Shown here: piece by piece, positions 32,708 to 47,860 of the stretch | Layout of the letters: every line of letters starts with the position of its first letter | How positions within the stretch are numbered: position 1 is the stretch's first letter | DNA from: the human T2T-CHM13v2.0 reference genome, Homo sapiens | Assembly: GCF_009914755.1 (NCBI RefSeq) | Contig: NC_060925.1 | Length of the DNA stretch: 64,000 nt | Direction: 5' to 3' (one strand) | Notes under the pieces: model-generated | The model's input: only the letters and a program-made list of their open reading frames with translations | Database searches by the model: none | Told to the model about the DNA's origin: nothing | Translations under genes and position numbers: made by a program

Positions 32708-34825
32708 CCCTGAGAACAAGAAAAATACAAGGATGTCCCCTCTCGCCACTCCTATTCAACACAGTACTGGAAATCCTAGCAAGAGCAATCAGACAACAGA
32801 AAGAGATAAAAAGCACACAAATAAGAAGAAGAAGTCAAACTATCTTTCATTGATGATATGAAGATATACACAGAAAACCCTAAAGAGTCCACCAAAAGCC
32901 TCGTAGGACTAATAAACAGATTCAGTATTTTCAGGATAAAAAAATCAATGCAAAAAATTAGTGGCTTTTTTATACACCAATAATATTTTAGCTGAGAACC
33001 AAATCAGGAATACAATTCCACTTAAATTAGCCACAAAGAAAATAAAATACCTAGGAATTTATCTAATATAGGAGGTGAAAGATCTCTACAAATAGAACTA
33101 CAAAATGCTGAAGAAATCAGAGATCACACAAATAAATGGAAAAATATTTTATGTTCATGGATTGGGAAAAGCAATATAGTTAAAATAGCCATACTGTCCA
33201 AAGCAATTTAAAGATTCAACACTATCACTATCAAAATACCAACCTCATTTTTCACAGAATTAGAAAAAAGAAAAAAACTATTCTAAATTGTATTTAGAAG
33301 AAAAAAAGTGCCGGAATAGCCAAAGCAATCCTCAGCAATAAAAGTAAGGCTAGAGGCATTACATTACCCGACTTCAAAATACACTAAAATGCTACAGTAC
33401 CAAAAGAGCATGATACTGGAGCAAAAACTGACACATAGACAAGTGGAACAAATAGAGAACTCAGAAATAAACCTACAAGTCTACAGCCACCTGATGATTG
33501 AAAAAATTAACAAAAATAAGCAATGGGGAAAGGATTCCTTTTTCAGTAAATGGTGCTGGGATAACTGTCTAGCTCTGTGTAGATTAAAAGAAACTGAACT
33601 GTACCTCTCACCTTATACAAAACTTAAGATGGATTAAAGATGTAAACATAAGAGAGAAAGCTGTAAGAATTTTAGAAGAAAATCTAGGAAATACCCTTCA
33701 ACATAGTCTTTGGCAAGGAATTTATGGCTAAATACCCAAAAGCAATTGCCACAAAAACAAAAACTGATAAATGGGTTCTGATTAAATTAAAGAGCTTCTC
33801 CACAGTAAAAACAAAATAACAGCAACAACAACAAAAACAACAATTACTAACACAGTAAACAGAAAGCCTACAGAATGAAAGAAAATATTCACGAACTATG
33901 CATCTGACAAAGGTCTAATATCCAGTATCTACAAGGAACTTAAACAAATCAACAAGCGAAAAAACAGAACAAAAACAAATCAAGTAAAAACGGGCAAAGG
34001 ACATGAACAGACACTTCTTACAAGAAGACATACAAGTGGCCAACAAACATGAAAAAAATGTTCAACATCACTAATCACAGAAATGAGAATCAAAATCAAT
34101 ATGAGATACCATCTCACACCAATTAGAATAATGATTTTTAAGAAGTTGAAAAACTACGGATGCAGGTGAGGCTGTGGAGAAAAGGAAACATATACATTGT
34201 TGGTGGGAAAATAAACTAGTTAAGGCACTGTGTAAATCAGTTTGGAGATTTCTCAAAGGACTTAAAATAGAACTACCTTTTGACTCAGCAATTCCACTAC
34301 TGGATACATACTTCAAGGAAAATAATTCATTCTATTAAAAAGACGCATGTACCTGCAGGTTCATTGCAGCACTAATCACAATAACAAAGACAAAAAATAA
34401 ATCTAGGCACCCATCCATGTGGATTAGATAAAGAAAACTCGGTACATATACACAATGGAGTACTATTCAGTCATAAAAAAGAACAAAATTATGTCCTTTG
34501 CAGCAACCTGGATGGAGCTGCAGGCCATTATCCTAAGCAAACTAATGCAATAACAGAAAACCAAATACCTCATGTTCTCACTTACAAGTGGGAGCTAAAC
34601 ACTGAATAAATTGAACATAAGGATAGGAACAATAGACACTGGAGAAAACTAGACAGGGGAGGAAGGAGGCGGGGAAGAGCTGAAGAACCACCTGCTGGGT
34701 ACTATGCTTACTACCAGTGTGACAGGATTGTTGGTAATCCAAGCCTTAGAGTCACACAGTTTACCCATGTAACAAACCTGCATGTGTACCCTTTAATCTA
34801 TAAAAAAAGTTGAAATTATATAAAA
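32708..34825 (+). mobile_element. 5'-truncated L1 (L1PA15-16/L1PB-like), ORF2 3' half plus 3' UTR
   Basis: caaggatgtcccctctcgccactcctattcaac ... gtaacaaacctgcatgtgtaccctttaatctataaaaaaagttgaaatt. Confidence 0.92.
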
Positions 34826-37502
34826 ATTATTTTACTTAGAGAAGCTTTTCATAGGTGTTATGACTCTGTAAATTATATGCTGAAGAAGGCTTGAATCTGG
34901 ACTCAGAAGTTAAAACTCATTGGGCTTTTGCTGAAAGCTATTTTAATATTATAATCTTCTGACATTGTTTTAGAAAAGTAGAAATGGTAAAGGTAAACTG
35001 GGTTAAAAATGTATATTGTATACCCAAATGTGCAACAAAAACATAATTTCCTTTTTTAATATAGTTTATCCCTGTCATAAACTGTTCTCAACAAAGTACC
35101 AAAAAATTCTTATACCAGTTTCTTTCAGCTTGAATAAAGTTTTTGGAGAGATGGATCCTTAAAGGGGATATTTTTTCTCTCTGTTTTCTTCTCCTTAAAT
35201 ATGGTGAAGGGGGAAGAATTTGGTTATGATAAAAAGGAAAAGGAAAAAAGAAAAGTCAGTTTTGGCTTTGCACTTGAAAGCTTCCAGGTATAGCACATAT
35301 GTGTTTTTTTCTCTGAGCAACTATATTTCTATATCCTTACCATATTCCTTATTCTACTGATTGACTTCATTGCCTGGTGGGAACTTCAAATAGTAAAAGT
35401 TGTAGCTCAAGGTTCTCAGCAGCAGCTGGCTTGGAATTTCAGAGATACTAGAAGCCTGATGCTTAGATCTGTATGCCCACTCCTGACTATTGCCTAGAAG
35501 AATTTGACATTTTTAGAAGGAAAATATGAATAAAACAGAGATCAACATTTTAATATAGTATTTCAATGTATTGTTTATATTAGAAAAATTGTTTAATTAA
35601 AATTGAGATTATATATGATTGCTAAGTAATATTTACTTATTAATATATCTGTAAACACATACATTTATGTCCATATACAAACATGCCTTATTTTATTGTG
35701 TTTTGTTTTGTTACATTTGATCTTGTGTCTCTGACACATTGAAAGTTTGTGGCAATGCTGTGTTGAGGAAGTTTATTGGTGCCAGTTCCTTCACGGCTTG
35801 CTCACTTTGTATCTCTGCAACACATTTGGATAATTCTTGTAATATTTCAAAGTTTTTCATTACTTTTTTATCTATCATGGTGATCTATGATCAATACTCT
35901 TTGATGTTATATTGTAATTATTTGTGGCACCATGAGCCATGCCTGTAAAGGATGGCAAACTCAATCAATAAATGTTGTGTGTTTTCTAGCTGCTCCACCC
36001 ACTGGCCCTTCTTCTATATTTCCCTTTCTTTTTTCAGGCCTCTTTATTTCCTGAGACACAACAATATTAAAATTAGGCCAATGAATAATAACCCTACAAT
36101 ATTCTGTTAGTGTTTAAGTCAAAGAAAGAGTCCCACGTCTCTCACTTTAAATCAAAAACTAGATATGAGTAAGCTTAGAAAGGAAGGCATCCTGACAGCT
36201 GAAGTAGGCAGAAAGCTAGGCCTCTTGAGCCAGACAGCCAGCTAGTGAATGCAAAGAAAAACTTCTCGATGGAAATCAAAAATGCTACTACAGTAAAAAT
36301 ACCTATAATAAGAAAGCAAAATAGCCATTGATAGAGAAAACTTTCATGGTCTGAATAGAAGATCAAATGGGTCAGAACATTTCCTTAAACTAAAGTCTAC
36401 TCCAGAGGAAACCCTTAAGTCTCTTTAATTCTATGAAGGCTGAAGAAGGGAGGAAGCTGCAGAAAGTGTGAAGAAGCTAGCAGATGTGGTCTCCTAACAT
36501 CAATGTGTAAGGTGAAGTAGGAAGTGCAAATGCAGAAGCTGCAGCAAGGTATCCAGAAGAGCTAGTTAAGACCATTGATGAAGGTGGTTTCACTAAATGA
36601 TAGATTCTCAATGTAAACAAAACAGCCTTCTATTGGATGAAGATACCGTCTAGGACTTACATAGCTAGAGAGGAGAAATTTCTGCTTTAAAAACTTCAAA
36701 GGAGAGGCTAACTCATTAGGGGCTAAGGCAGCTGGTGACTTTAAATTGAAGCCAATGATTATTTAACATTCAAAAAAACCTAGCGCCTTAAGAATCATGC
36801 TAAATCTGCTCTGCTTTGTTTTATCATTGCCAAATCAAAACTGAAACGACAGCATATCTGTTTATAGCATTATTTTCTGCCTATTTTAAAATCACCATTG
36901 AGATGTTATCAAAATAATTGTTTTCAAAACTGTACTGTTTAGTGACAATGCACCTAGTTACACAAGAGCTCTGATGTAGATGTACAAGGAGATTAACATT
37001 GTTTTTATGCCTGCTAATACAATATTCATGAATCAAGGACTAATTTTGGTTTTCAAGTCTTATTATCTAAGAAATACATTTTGTACAGCTGTAGCTTCCA
37101 CAGACAGTGATTCCTCTGATGGATCTGGGCAAAGTAAGTTGAAAACCTTCTGGAAAGGATTCACCATTCTAAGTGCCATTAAGAACATTTGCAATTCATG
37201 AAATGAGGTCACAATATGAACACTAACAGGAAATTGGAAGAAGTTGTTTCCTACCCTCATCGATGGTTTTGAGTGGCTCAAGTTTTCGGTGGAGAAAGTA
37301 ACTGTAGATGTGGTTGAAATTGCAAGAGAACTAGAATTACAAGTGGAATCTGCAAATGAGACTGAAATTCTGCAATCTAATGACAAAACTTTAATGGATG
37401 TGGAGTTGCTTTTTATGGATAAGCAAAGAAAGTGATTTCTCAATATAGAATCTATTCCTGTTGAATATGCAAACATTGTTGAAATGACAACACAGGATTT
37501 AG

Positions 37503-37919
<417 letters not shown>

Positions 37920-38295
37920 TAGATGTACAAGATGCTACAGAGAATTGTATTTTTTTTTGTAAGAGAAGTGCAAATTTGATGTGGCAAACTTCATTGTCTT
38001 ATTTTAAGAAATTGCTTCAGTCACCTGAACCTTCAGCAACCACCACCCTGATCAGTTGGAAGTAGTCAACATCAAGGCAAGATCCTCTACCAGCAAAACA
38101 ATTACAACTCACTGAAAGCTCAGATGATTGTTAATATTTTTTAGCAATAAAGTATTTTTAAATTAAGGTATATACATTATTTCTTTAGATGTAATGTTAT
38201 TGCACACTTAACAGACTACAGTGTACTGTAGACATAATATTTACATGCATTGGGAAAAAAATTGCGTGATTCGCTTTATTGTGATATTTGCTTTT

Positions 38296-38688
<393 letters not shown>

Positions 38689-38732
38689 TAATATCCCCAA
38701 GGTGTGCCTGAATGTATACTTTTTATTTGTGT

Positions 38733-38940
38733 AAGTTCTCCTTCAGTAACTCAGGGAATTTGTTCTAAGACCTGCTGTGGATGCTCATGTTTTTTATATA
38801 AAATGTCATAATATTTTCATAAAACCTACACACATCTTCCTGTATACTTCAAATAATCTCTAGATTACTTATAGTATCTAATAAGTACTTAACTATGTAA
38901 ATAGTTGTTATACTGTATTAATTCTAAATTTGTATTGTGT
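38733..38940 (+). mobile_element. MER2 (TcMar-Tigger), 5' part
   Basis: tatataaaatgtcataatatt...tctctagattacttatagtatctaata...gtaaatagttgttatactgtatt. Confidence 0.85.
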
Positions 38941-40840
38941 TTTATTTATTTATTTTATTTTTTATCTCAATAGGTTCTTGGAGAACAGGTGGTTTTGGGT
39001 TACATGAGTAAGTTCGTTAGTGGTGATCTCTGAGATTTTGTAGTACACATCACCCAAGCAGTGTACACTGTACCCAATGTGCAGTCTTTTATTTCTCACC
39101 AACCTCTCACAATTTCCCCTAAGACCTCAAAGTCAACTGTATCATTCTTATGCCTTTGCCTTCCCATAGCTTAGCTCCCACTTATGAGTGAGAACATAGG
39201 ATGTTTGATTTTTCCATTCCTGAGTTACTTTTCCTAAAATTATAGTCTAATTTCATCCAAGTTGCTGCAAATGCCATTATTTTGTTTCCTTTCATGGCTG
39301 AGGTATATCATTTCTGTTAACTCTGCTAGTTATTTCTTTTGCTGTGCAGAAGCTTTTTAGTTTAATTAAGTCCAAGCTATTTATCTTTGCTTTTGTTGCA
39401 TTTGCTTTTGGGTTCTTGGTCATGAAGTCTCTGCCTAAGCCAATGTCTAGAAAGATTTTTCCCATGTTATTGTCTAGGATTTTTATGGTTTCAGGTAAGG
39501 TTTAAGTCCTTGATCCATCTTGAGTTGATTTTTGTGTAGGTGAGAGTTGAAGATCCAGTTTCATTCTTTTACATGTGGCTTTCCAATAAAGACAGCACCA
39601 TTCAGCACAATTTGTTGAATAAAGTGTCCTTTCCCCACTTTATGTTTTTGTTTGCTTTGTCAAAAATCAGTTGGCTGTAAGTATTTGACTTCATTTCTGG
39701 GTTCTCTATTCTGTTCCAGTGATCTATGTGCCTATATTTATACAGGTACCATGCTGTTTTGGTGAATATAGCCTTATAGTATAGTTTGAAGTCAGGTTAT
39801 ATGATGCCTTCATATTTGTCCTTTTTGCTTAGTCTTGCTTTGGCGATGTGATCCCTTTTTTGGTTCCACATGAATATGAAGATTGATTTTTTTCTAGTTC
39901 TGTGAAGAATAATGGTGGTATTTTGATGGGAACTGCATTGAATTTGTAGATTGCTTTTGGCAGTATGGTCATTTTCACAATACTGATTTTACCATCCATG
40001 ACAGGGGAGTGTCTGCAAGGAGCCCTGTGATGTGATCTGTCTTCAAGTCTTTCAGCCATAGATAGATACCAGCACTTCCTCCAGCGGAGGGAGCAGGGGA
40101 GTGAAGTGGACTCTCTTAGGGTCCTTGGTTGTATTTTTGTTTAGTGTGCTGGTTTTGTGTTGGTTGGTCTCCAGCCAGTATGTCACACTTTCAAGAGCAC
40201 ATCAGCTGCGGTCGTATAAAAAGGAATAGGTGGTGGCTGGGGCTATAGAGCTCTGAAGAGATTATGTCCTTTGTCTTTGGCAAGCAAGGAGGGTAGAGAA
40301 AGAATCCCAGGTGGGGTCAGGGATAGGCCTGTCTGAGCTCAGACTCTCCCTGGGCGAGGCTTGCTGCTGACAGGGATTGGGGTATGGTTCTCAGGCCAAT
40401 GGACTTATGTTCCCAGGGGGGATTTTGGCTGCTTTTCCTGAGTCACACAGGTCTCCAGGGAATTGGGGGAAAGCTGACAATCAGCCCTCACCCCACTCCC
40501 ATGCATCCTGCAGTCCTAAAGGCCCGATCTTACTACCACTGTGCCCCCACAACAGCAAGGAGTCTATTTCCAGGCAGCTGGTGACCATGGCTAAGAACTT
40601 GCCCCAGACCACCAGCCTCCATGCTGAGAAAGTAAGCAGACTCACAATTTTTTTGGCATCTTAGTGAGCTAGCATTGGTGATCCAGTTCCTTTAAAGGGT
40701 TTGTGGATTCTCTCAGCTTTCCTTGTATGTTGTTGTGGTATTTATTGGAGCAAAACTTCATGATGTGAGTCACCACACACTGCTCTGCCTGAGCGGGAGC
40801 TGCAAGCTAGTCCTACCTCTTATCCCTCCATCTTAATCCA
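38941..40840 (-). mobile_element. L1PB1/2-like element with both ends, only ~1.9 kb (large internal deletion), inserted in MER2
   Basis: L1PB 3' UTR (gaacaggtggttttgggttacatgagtaagttc), ORF2 piece 39310-40010, GC-richer 5' UTR 40011-40840 ending gcgggagctgcaagctagtcctacctcttatccctccatctt. Confidence 0.88.
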
Positions 40841-40849
40841 TTTTTTTTT

Positions 40850-40951
40850 AAGTTTTTGTATTGTTATTTTTTATTGTTCTCTTTCTGAATTTTTTAATCA
40901 GCAGTTGGCTGAATCTGCAGATGTGAAACCCTAGATAAGGAAGGCCAATTG
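40850..40951 (+). mobile_element. MER2, 3' part
   Basis: gcagttggctgaatctgcagatgtgaaaccctagataaggaaggccaattg matches the MER2 3' end/TIR. Confidence 0.85.
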
Positions 40952-41054
40952 TGTGTGTATGTGTGTGTGTAGTGGTCTGGAACTGCATTTGTACTATCTC
41001 CAATGTATGACTGAATATATGATTTAGATTTGTGTAAATTTTCCTTCAGTATCT

Positions 41055-41122
41055 TATATATATGTATATGTGTTTGTATGTATATATGAATATATATATA
41101 TATATACACATACACATATGCA
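41055..41122. repeat. (TA)n/(TATG)n microsatellite
   Basis: Direct read. Confidence 0.85.
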
Positions 41123-42159
41123 TTTTTTAAATACTTTATTCGATTTTCAAAACTTTCTGGAAACAAATTATTGTTTTTGCCTTGAGAGGCAGAGTGCAGG
41201 TAGATACTCCTGTGCTATCAGCTCACAAGAGAAACTAAATTACTACCAGTGGGACTTTTTGTTCTTACTAAACCAAAATATCTGTCTTCTGATATTGAGA
41301 GATAAATTACTGCTGGGGAGTCAATCTATGATTGGCTTTTAAAAGAGAAAATTAAATGCTAGTAAGCATGTCAGACTGTACTTTTATGATATAAAATGAT
41401 TTGATCCTGACTTAAAAGTAACCGTTATATGGATTATGTTTAAAGTGGGGCAGCAAGGTCTGCATCTCAACTATATTATTTTTTCTTTCATTTTGAAATG
41501 ATGAAAGAAATGCTTGAAGTGATTTCTCACGTAATCACCTATTTTATGCATGTGTCATTTATCAGTGTCTGTATATGCCAAAAGTGTGTAAAAGTCTGTT
41601 TATCATTATTATGCAATTTAATAAAATGTGAATGCTTTTAATTATGGACATAGAATTTTACTTTTCATTGATTCATGATGCCATGAGAACTAGTGAATAA
41701 AGAACAATTTAATCAATTTGCTGTGAACATATAGTACATGAAGTCTGGAAGAGGATTATAAAAGAGTTAAATTATAACATAAATCAAGTAAAAAAAGTAA
41801 ATTGCCTTTGAAAAAAAGGTAAATTGCCTATGAAAATGCCCAATGTTTTTTCAACACATTCTGTAGGGAATTTGGCTAATTTATTCTAGATAGATATATG
41901 ATATATATAAAAAGTAAAAAGTGAAGAGAATGATAATTGAAATAAATATAAGGTTAAAAACTTCAAAAAAATTAAAAACACATATTTTAACTGCTGTGGG
42001 GAACAACATGGTATACTACTAACACAATACAACTAACCCTATGTTCAAAATACTCACTGGCTACAACTTTAACTAATTTGTATACCTGAGTGACATGGTA
42101 GAAATTTGAAACAAAGGCAGGTGTTACAACTGGGGAAAAATTATTTCTTGAAACAGCTA

Positions 42160-42574
42160 CGTGTTAGTCCGTTTTGCTTTGCTATAAAGGAATACCTGAG
42201 TCTGGGTAATTTATAAAGAGTTTTAATTGGCTCATGGTTCTGTAGGCTGTATAGGAAGCATGACACTGGCATCTCCTTAGCTTCTGGTTAGGCATCAGGG
42301 AGCTTTCACTCATGATGCAAGGCGAAGCAGGAGCAGACTCATCACATGGTGAGAGATGGAGTGAGAGATGGAGAGCAACAGTGAGAGGAAGGTACTAGGC
42401 TCCTTTTTAAACAACCAGATCTTGTGTGATTTCAATGCCATGTGGAGGGCACCAAGCCATTCATACAGGATCCAGTCCCATGACCCAAAAACCTCCCACC
42501 AGGCTCCACCTCCAACATTTGGGGATTACATTTCACTGTGAGATTTGGAGGGGACAAACATTCAAACCATGTCA
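42160..42574 (-). mobile_element. MSTA/MSTB solo LTR (ERVL-MaLR)
   Basis: ttagtccgttttgctttgctataaaggaatacctgag ... gagatttggaggggacaaacattcaaaccatgtca. Confidence 0.92.
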
Positions 42575-42608
42575 AACTGTACAATTTGAAATAAAAGAGT
42601 ATAAACAC

Positions 42609-42815
42609 TGAGGACGCAAAGGGGTAAGAATGACACAGTGAACTTTGGGGACTAGGAGGGAAGGGTGGGAGGGGGGAAGGGATAAAAGACTACAAATGGG
42701 TGCAGTGAATACTGCTGTGGTGATGGGTGCAACAAGATCTCACAAATCACACCAGTAGAGAACTTACTCATGTAACCAAACACTACCTTTACCACAATAA
42801 CCTATGACAAAGAAA
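42609..42815 (+). mobile_element. Short 5'-truncated L1PB1-like 3' end
   Basis: L1PB 3' UTR; 16-bp TSD aaaagagtata(a/c)acac at 42593-42608 and 42816-42831. Confidence 0.9.
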
Positions 42816-42849
42816 AAAAGAGTATACACACATAAATAATGTTGTTACA

Positions 42850-44000
42850 TTAATTAATCTATATCACAGGTTATGGTTATGTCTAATTACAAATGTAATA
42901 CATTGATATATCCTTTCATTTTCATCTATATTTTCTATCCCTTCATATTTATTACTTCTACACTATATATCTGCTGTATTGTCTTTTCAAACTAGTTTCT
43001 TTCTTATAAAAATGTACCTGTCATTATAGTATGTTTTCCTTATTATCTCATTAAGTATTAAAGATTAATATTAATGTTAATTGATATTATTTTTACTTCA
43101 TAAGTTTTACATTTTTCTATTTGATGGATGTATTTTTGCCAAAACATTTATTAGCATTTTGTCATTACTTTATCTCTTAAAGTGATCTCATGTATTTAAC
43201 TTAAATATAAAATTCATCAATATGAATGTATCTAGGTATAATTTTAATGATCATTTTCTTAATTTGTAAGCTATTGCATATTTTATTTCTGTCTTGAATT
43301 TTAAATGGCAAGAAATTAGATGATAAGTTTCCTGTATTATACACTGATATTTTCTTAGGTTTATTAATGATTTTTCTTCACTGCAAATTTTTGGCTTAGG
43401 ATCATTTTATTTTTTTGTAAAGTATAACCTTTAGAAGTTCTTTCAGTGAGAAGATTTTGGTGGTGAATATTCAGTTTTCATTTGTTAAAGAATCGTTTAA
43501 CCTTTGCTTTTGGAAGACTGTTTAACAGCAAACCCAATGTTAGGTTGACAAGTATTTTGTTATAATTTAAACATCGTTTCACACTCTTCTAGTTTTCCTT
43601 ATTATTGTTGAGAAGTCTAGCATCTACTTATTATTTCATTTTCCGTCCACTAAGTAGAAAATTATGCACTTTGCATTTGTTTAAGGGCTAGCCTAAAATT
43701 TAAGTCAAGCATTGTTAATGTTTGCATTTGTACATTTAAATTAAATTTTTTGTTCTCTTTTTAGATAACACAATCATCTTAGGTCAGTGTAAACACATTT
43801 ACCATTCCAACTTTTTCGTTACTTTTATGTTTTAAATTATATTGTTTTCTTTACACATTTGAGACTATTACTACTATATGTGAACTGGATAGTATTTATC
43901 AATGAATAAACCCTTTTCTTTGATCTTTTTTTCTCCCATCTCAGGTTTTCCATATGAAATGATATTCCTTTTCTCTAATGATTATTCTTTTACACTTCTG
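42850..44000 (-). mobile_element. Ancient L1M/L1ME fragments
   Basis: Diverged L1 antisense blocks (ttctttcagtgagaagattttggtggtgaatattcag; ttattgttgagaagtctag). Confidence 0.5.
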
Positions 44001-44019
44001 TTTAAGCTTCCAAAAATTG

Positions 44020-45010
44020 GAAAGAAAATGGCTATCAAATATACAGAAAAAACAAAATGTATGTAAAATTTTCACAAAAAATAAATATTGCCTTTAAACA
44101 CATAAAAATGCTTAAACGTAATTTGTAATAAAATAACATAATATGCTTACAAAATATTTTCCTCTTGTCTAATTATCAATAAATGAAATGTTTGACAACA
44201 TACTCTGTTGTCAGGGCTCTAAATAAGGATACATTTTCAAATATTTGGTGATGGGAATGCGAAATGGTACAATTTTATGGAGGATATTTTGCAATACCTA
44301 ACAAAATTAAACATGCAGTGATTTTTCTTAATTTAGAAATCTTATTGATAATAATCTATCAAATAGATACAACGTTAACATAAAATAATAGAATGCAACT
44401 TTACTTGTTATACTGCAAAATCTGAAAACATGGCAAAGATATAGATGTAAAAATCCTGTTTTATATTTTTGACATTAAAATCATGTATATATATTACATA
44501 ATTCACAAGCAAAATAGAATAAACTAACAAAGTAATCATTAAATTAAAAAATAATTAAATGAAACCTAGCTGTGTATAGACTTGGTGGCCTAATCTCACA
44601 AAGAAGAATTAAATCTGTGAATGAAAACACAGCATTTTGACCCTATTCCCAGTGATGTATAGCTTAGAGTTAAAAAGAATTGCAAATAAATTTTAATTGA
44701 ATGTAATAATCTCAATTAATATTAATATGACTATGTGGAAATATATACATGTATATGTGTGGGTAAATAAAAGATAGATGAAATGAATAAATAATTTACC
44801 TCCTGTAATTATCATTAGGATTCAACTTTGTAAGTGGAAAAGACATATTAATATAAAATCCAAAACATCAAAGACACTTTTACAATCTTGTTTTAAATTC
44901 ATGTTATTAAAGAATATGTACTTCCAGTTTTCTTTATTGAAATGCTTAGAAGCCATGTCAAGCCAGTAAAAATAAGCACTCCATACATCCTGATAATACT
45001 TTCTAAATAG
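44020..45010 (+). mobile_element. Ancient L1ME fragment followed by an L1MC4-like 3' region
   Basis: tggtgatgggaatgcgaaatggtacaattttatggagg; ttagaagccatgtcaagccagtaaaaataagcactcc...ttctaaata. Confidence 0.6.
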
Positions 45011-45809
45011 AATTCTGAAAAAGTCTCATTGGTTATCTCTCCAAATATTATCTCCAGCCACATGTTATATCTTTCTTTCTTCTCTGAAACTGTGATTGTA
45101 AGTATAAATCTCTTTCCCCCTTGGTACTACTTAACCTTTTTCACTAAGCTAAGTAAGCTCAGTGCATCACTTGTGTCTCATTGGTCAGTGTAGGTAATAT
45201 GAATTTGAAGTGCATATCCATGTAGTGACCAACCTATGTATTTAAAGTAACAAATATTTATTTTGTATTGTTCATATTCCACTAATTACTGAGACAACTT
45301 TTCATGAAGTCCTCTGAAGACGAGGATAAAGTGGATTTAATTTTGGATCACTGTTAAATGGTGAATAGCACTTTTACTTCCTGTTCTTATTGAAAATGTG
45401 TCTTACATTGAATTCTGCAAAATGTGACTTGTCCTAAACATTATCTTCTTTCCTGCATGTTCCTCATATATGTAAACACAAATCTCAAATTAACTTTATT
45501 CATAAATTATCCTCAAAAGCCATTTTAGTATTCTGTTTATTGCTCTAGGTTCTTTCTACATTTTGTTCAAATAATTTTGCACTATATTGTCAGTATTCAA
45601 ATATTTTTAAAGATTTGTTGCAATATTTCCCAAATATTTTAAAATACTTTTAGCTGGAGTCATTGTTAACATACTAGACTATCACATTACTGGAATTAGT
45701 ACTACAGATAAAGCTATATGCAAAACATCCTTATAGTACCCTTTGAGTTTTTAATATTAATTACATTTTTTTCAAATATTCTATCCGGATCCAAATTACA
45801 ATGTTTACA

Positions 45810-46310
45810 ACACAGACAAAAATCCTTGTCCTAAGAAGTTTAATTGTAATAAGTATAAAAAGTACATAATAAACAAGTAAAATATTTCATATATTAGAAA
45901 ATGATAAGCGCTAAGAAGAGAAACAGGAAAGGATAAGAAAAACATCGGGGAGAATGGTCTTGAAGTTTAGATAGAGCTCTGAGTGGCTGGAAGAGCATGA
46001 GTGAGAAAGAAAATAGGACAAGGCAACAGAAAGTTAATAGGAAGCATAACACGCAGGGATTTTTTGCCATTGCTAGGGCTGGAGGATTTTGAATAAAAAT
46101 GAAACATTATTTGACTCATATTTAGCAGAAACACTCTGGATGCTGTATTAAGAATAGATTGTGGATGGTAAAGGTAGATGCAAGGATAGCAGTTAGGAGG
46201 TTAGTATGGTGTTCTTGGCAAGATTTGATGATAATTGTATCAGGTTTGTAGGTGTTGAGGTAAAGAAAATTGGTTGAAGAAGAAACTATTTGCTTAAAAG
46301 CCAAACATAA
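45810..46310 (-). mobile_element. L2a fragment
   Basis: actctggatgctgtattaagaatagattgtgg...gcagttaggaggttagtatggtgttcttggcaagatttgatg. Confidence 0.75.
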
Positions 46311-46449
46311 AAGATATATGTTAGAATCAGAGTTTTCTGAATTTCTTTTATATACTGTATTATTTCCATAATTTGTCCATAATTCAGAATCTATAATCTA
46401 AAAGCACAAGTGTGATCTCTCCCTTAATAACTTTCTAATTAAGGCCCTG

Positions 46450-46750
46450 TTAGTGGCAGTACATTTCTCTCATCCAGGCTTGTAATTCTATACTCTTCCT
46501 TGTTCTCACATCTAAGTAATGATTAGTTCTGTTGATTCTACCTTCTAAGATGTTTCTGATGTCAGTTTCTTCTTTTTATACCCAACCTCTAAGTCAAAGT
46601 TTTTGGTTTTATCAAGACCTTCATAGAATTTTTATAATTTTTTTTTCTAAACTGGCACATCAAATTCTCTGAATACCACTCTGATTATTTACTTTTTTCA
46701 TTTGTTCTCATTACCTAAATTTAATTTCTTTCAAAAGGTACAGAAGGTCT
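46450..46750 (+). mobile_element. L2 fragment
   Basis: agttctgttgattctaccttctaagatgtttctg. Confidence 0.45.
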
Positions 46751-46852
46751 GAAGGTTTTAATGTGCAAGACTAGCTAAAAGTCACAAACTATGTGGGTCA
46801 TAGGGAAAAGGGGAAAGAAAATGCTCAGTCCTTAGCATTACATACTAAATTT

Positions 46853-46932
46853 ATATCTAATCTATTTGTATTATCTAAATCTATATTATCTATTGATCTA
46901 TCTATAATCTATCTATCTATCTTCCATCTATT
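46853..46932. repeat. Degenerate (TCTA)n repeat
   Basis: Direct read. Confidence 0.75.
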
Positions 46933-47387
46933 AAATCAGTGGCTAGGTCCCACCACTGATTAAATTAAATATTTTCCTAAATGATGTACCTATAATTCTT
47001 TAGGTTCACTGGTCCCTGTATGGAGACTATTTTTTATATCATCTCAAATTTATAGAAATATGATTCAGCTTTTCTACGGTAGTTAAAATTCATCTCCCTA
47101 AATCATGGTTTTAAACAAAAATTCCAAAGAACCCTAAATAAAACGAGGTTATTGTTTTGAGGGTGCTCTGAGATTACTTACGTTACAAAAAAAATGAACT
47201 TAATGCTTGCAACATTTCACCTTTTCCTTCTTAAATTACACTCATTTTATATTGTCAACATATTAATAATTCATATTCAGGGCTCTAAATAAAATAAATT
47301 TATTTAGAAAGAATATGAAATCTCATTGTATCTAGGCTTTTGTTTTACCCCTACTTATAATCAACAGGTTTTGTCTAAATTAAAAGA

Positions 47388-47749
47388 ACTATAGTTTGGT
47401 AGGGCTGCCATACACAGTAGCTCAGACGAATTACTATATGAAATTCCCACTGAATAGCATAAACTAACAAATTTATTTTCTTACAGTTCTGGTTTCTTCT
47501 GAGGCTTCCCCTTCCAATTCCATGTGGTCTTTCCTCTGTGCATGCACAATCCCAAAGTCTCTCGAGTGTCCTCCAATTTTCTCTTCTTATAAGGACGACA
47601 CTCGGATTGAATTGGGGCCCACCTTGATGGCCTCATTTTAGTCACCTCCTTAAAGACCCCATTTACAAATACAGTCACACTTTAAGGTACTGGGAGTTAT
47701 GGCTTCAATATATGGTTCTTTTGTGGTGGATACAATTTAGCTCATAACA
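47388..47749 (-). mobile_element. MLT1B-like solo LTR
   Basis: agggctgccatacacag...cttcttataaggac...caaatacagtcacactttaaggtactggg...atacaatttagctcataaca. Confidence 0.85.
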
Positions 47750-47860
47750 CCTCCATAGATTACTTTGATTTTTTGACCTTTGTTCAGTAGTAGGATGTCA
47801 TTTATAGACTCATCTTTATTAACACAGGTTCTCATACACTTAAAATGTCTTACCCCTGCC

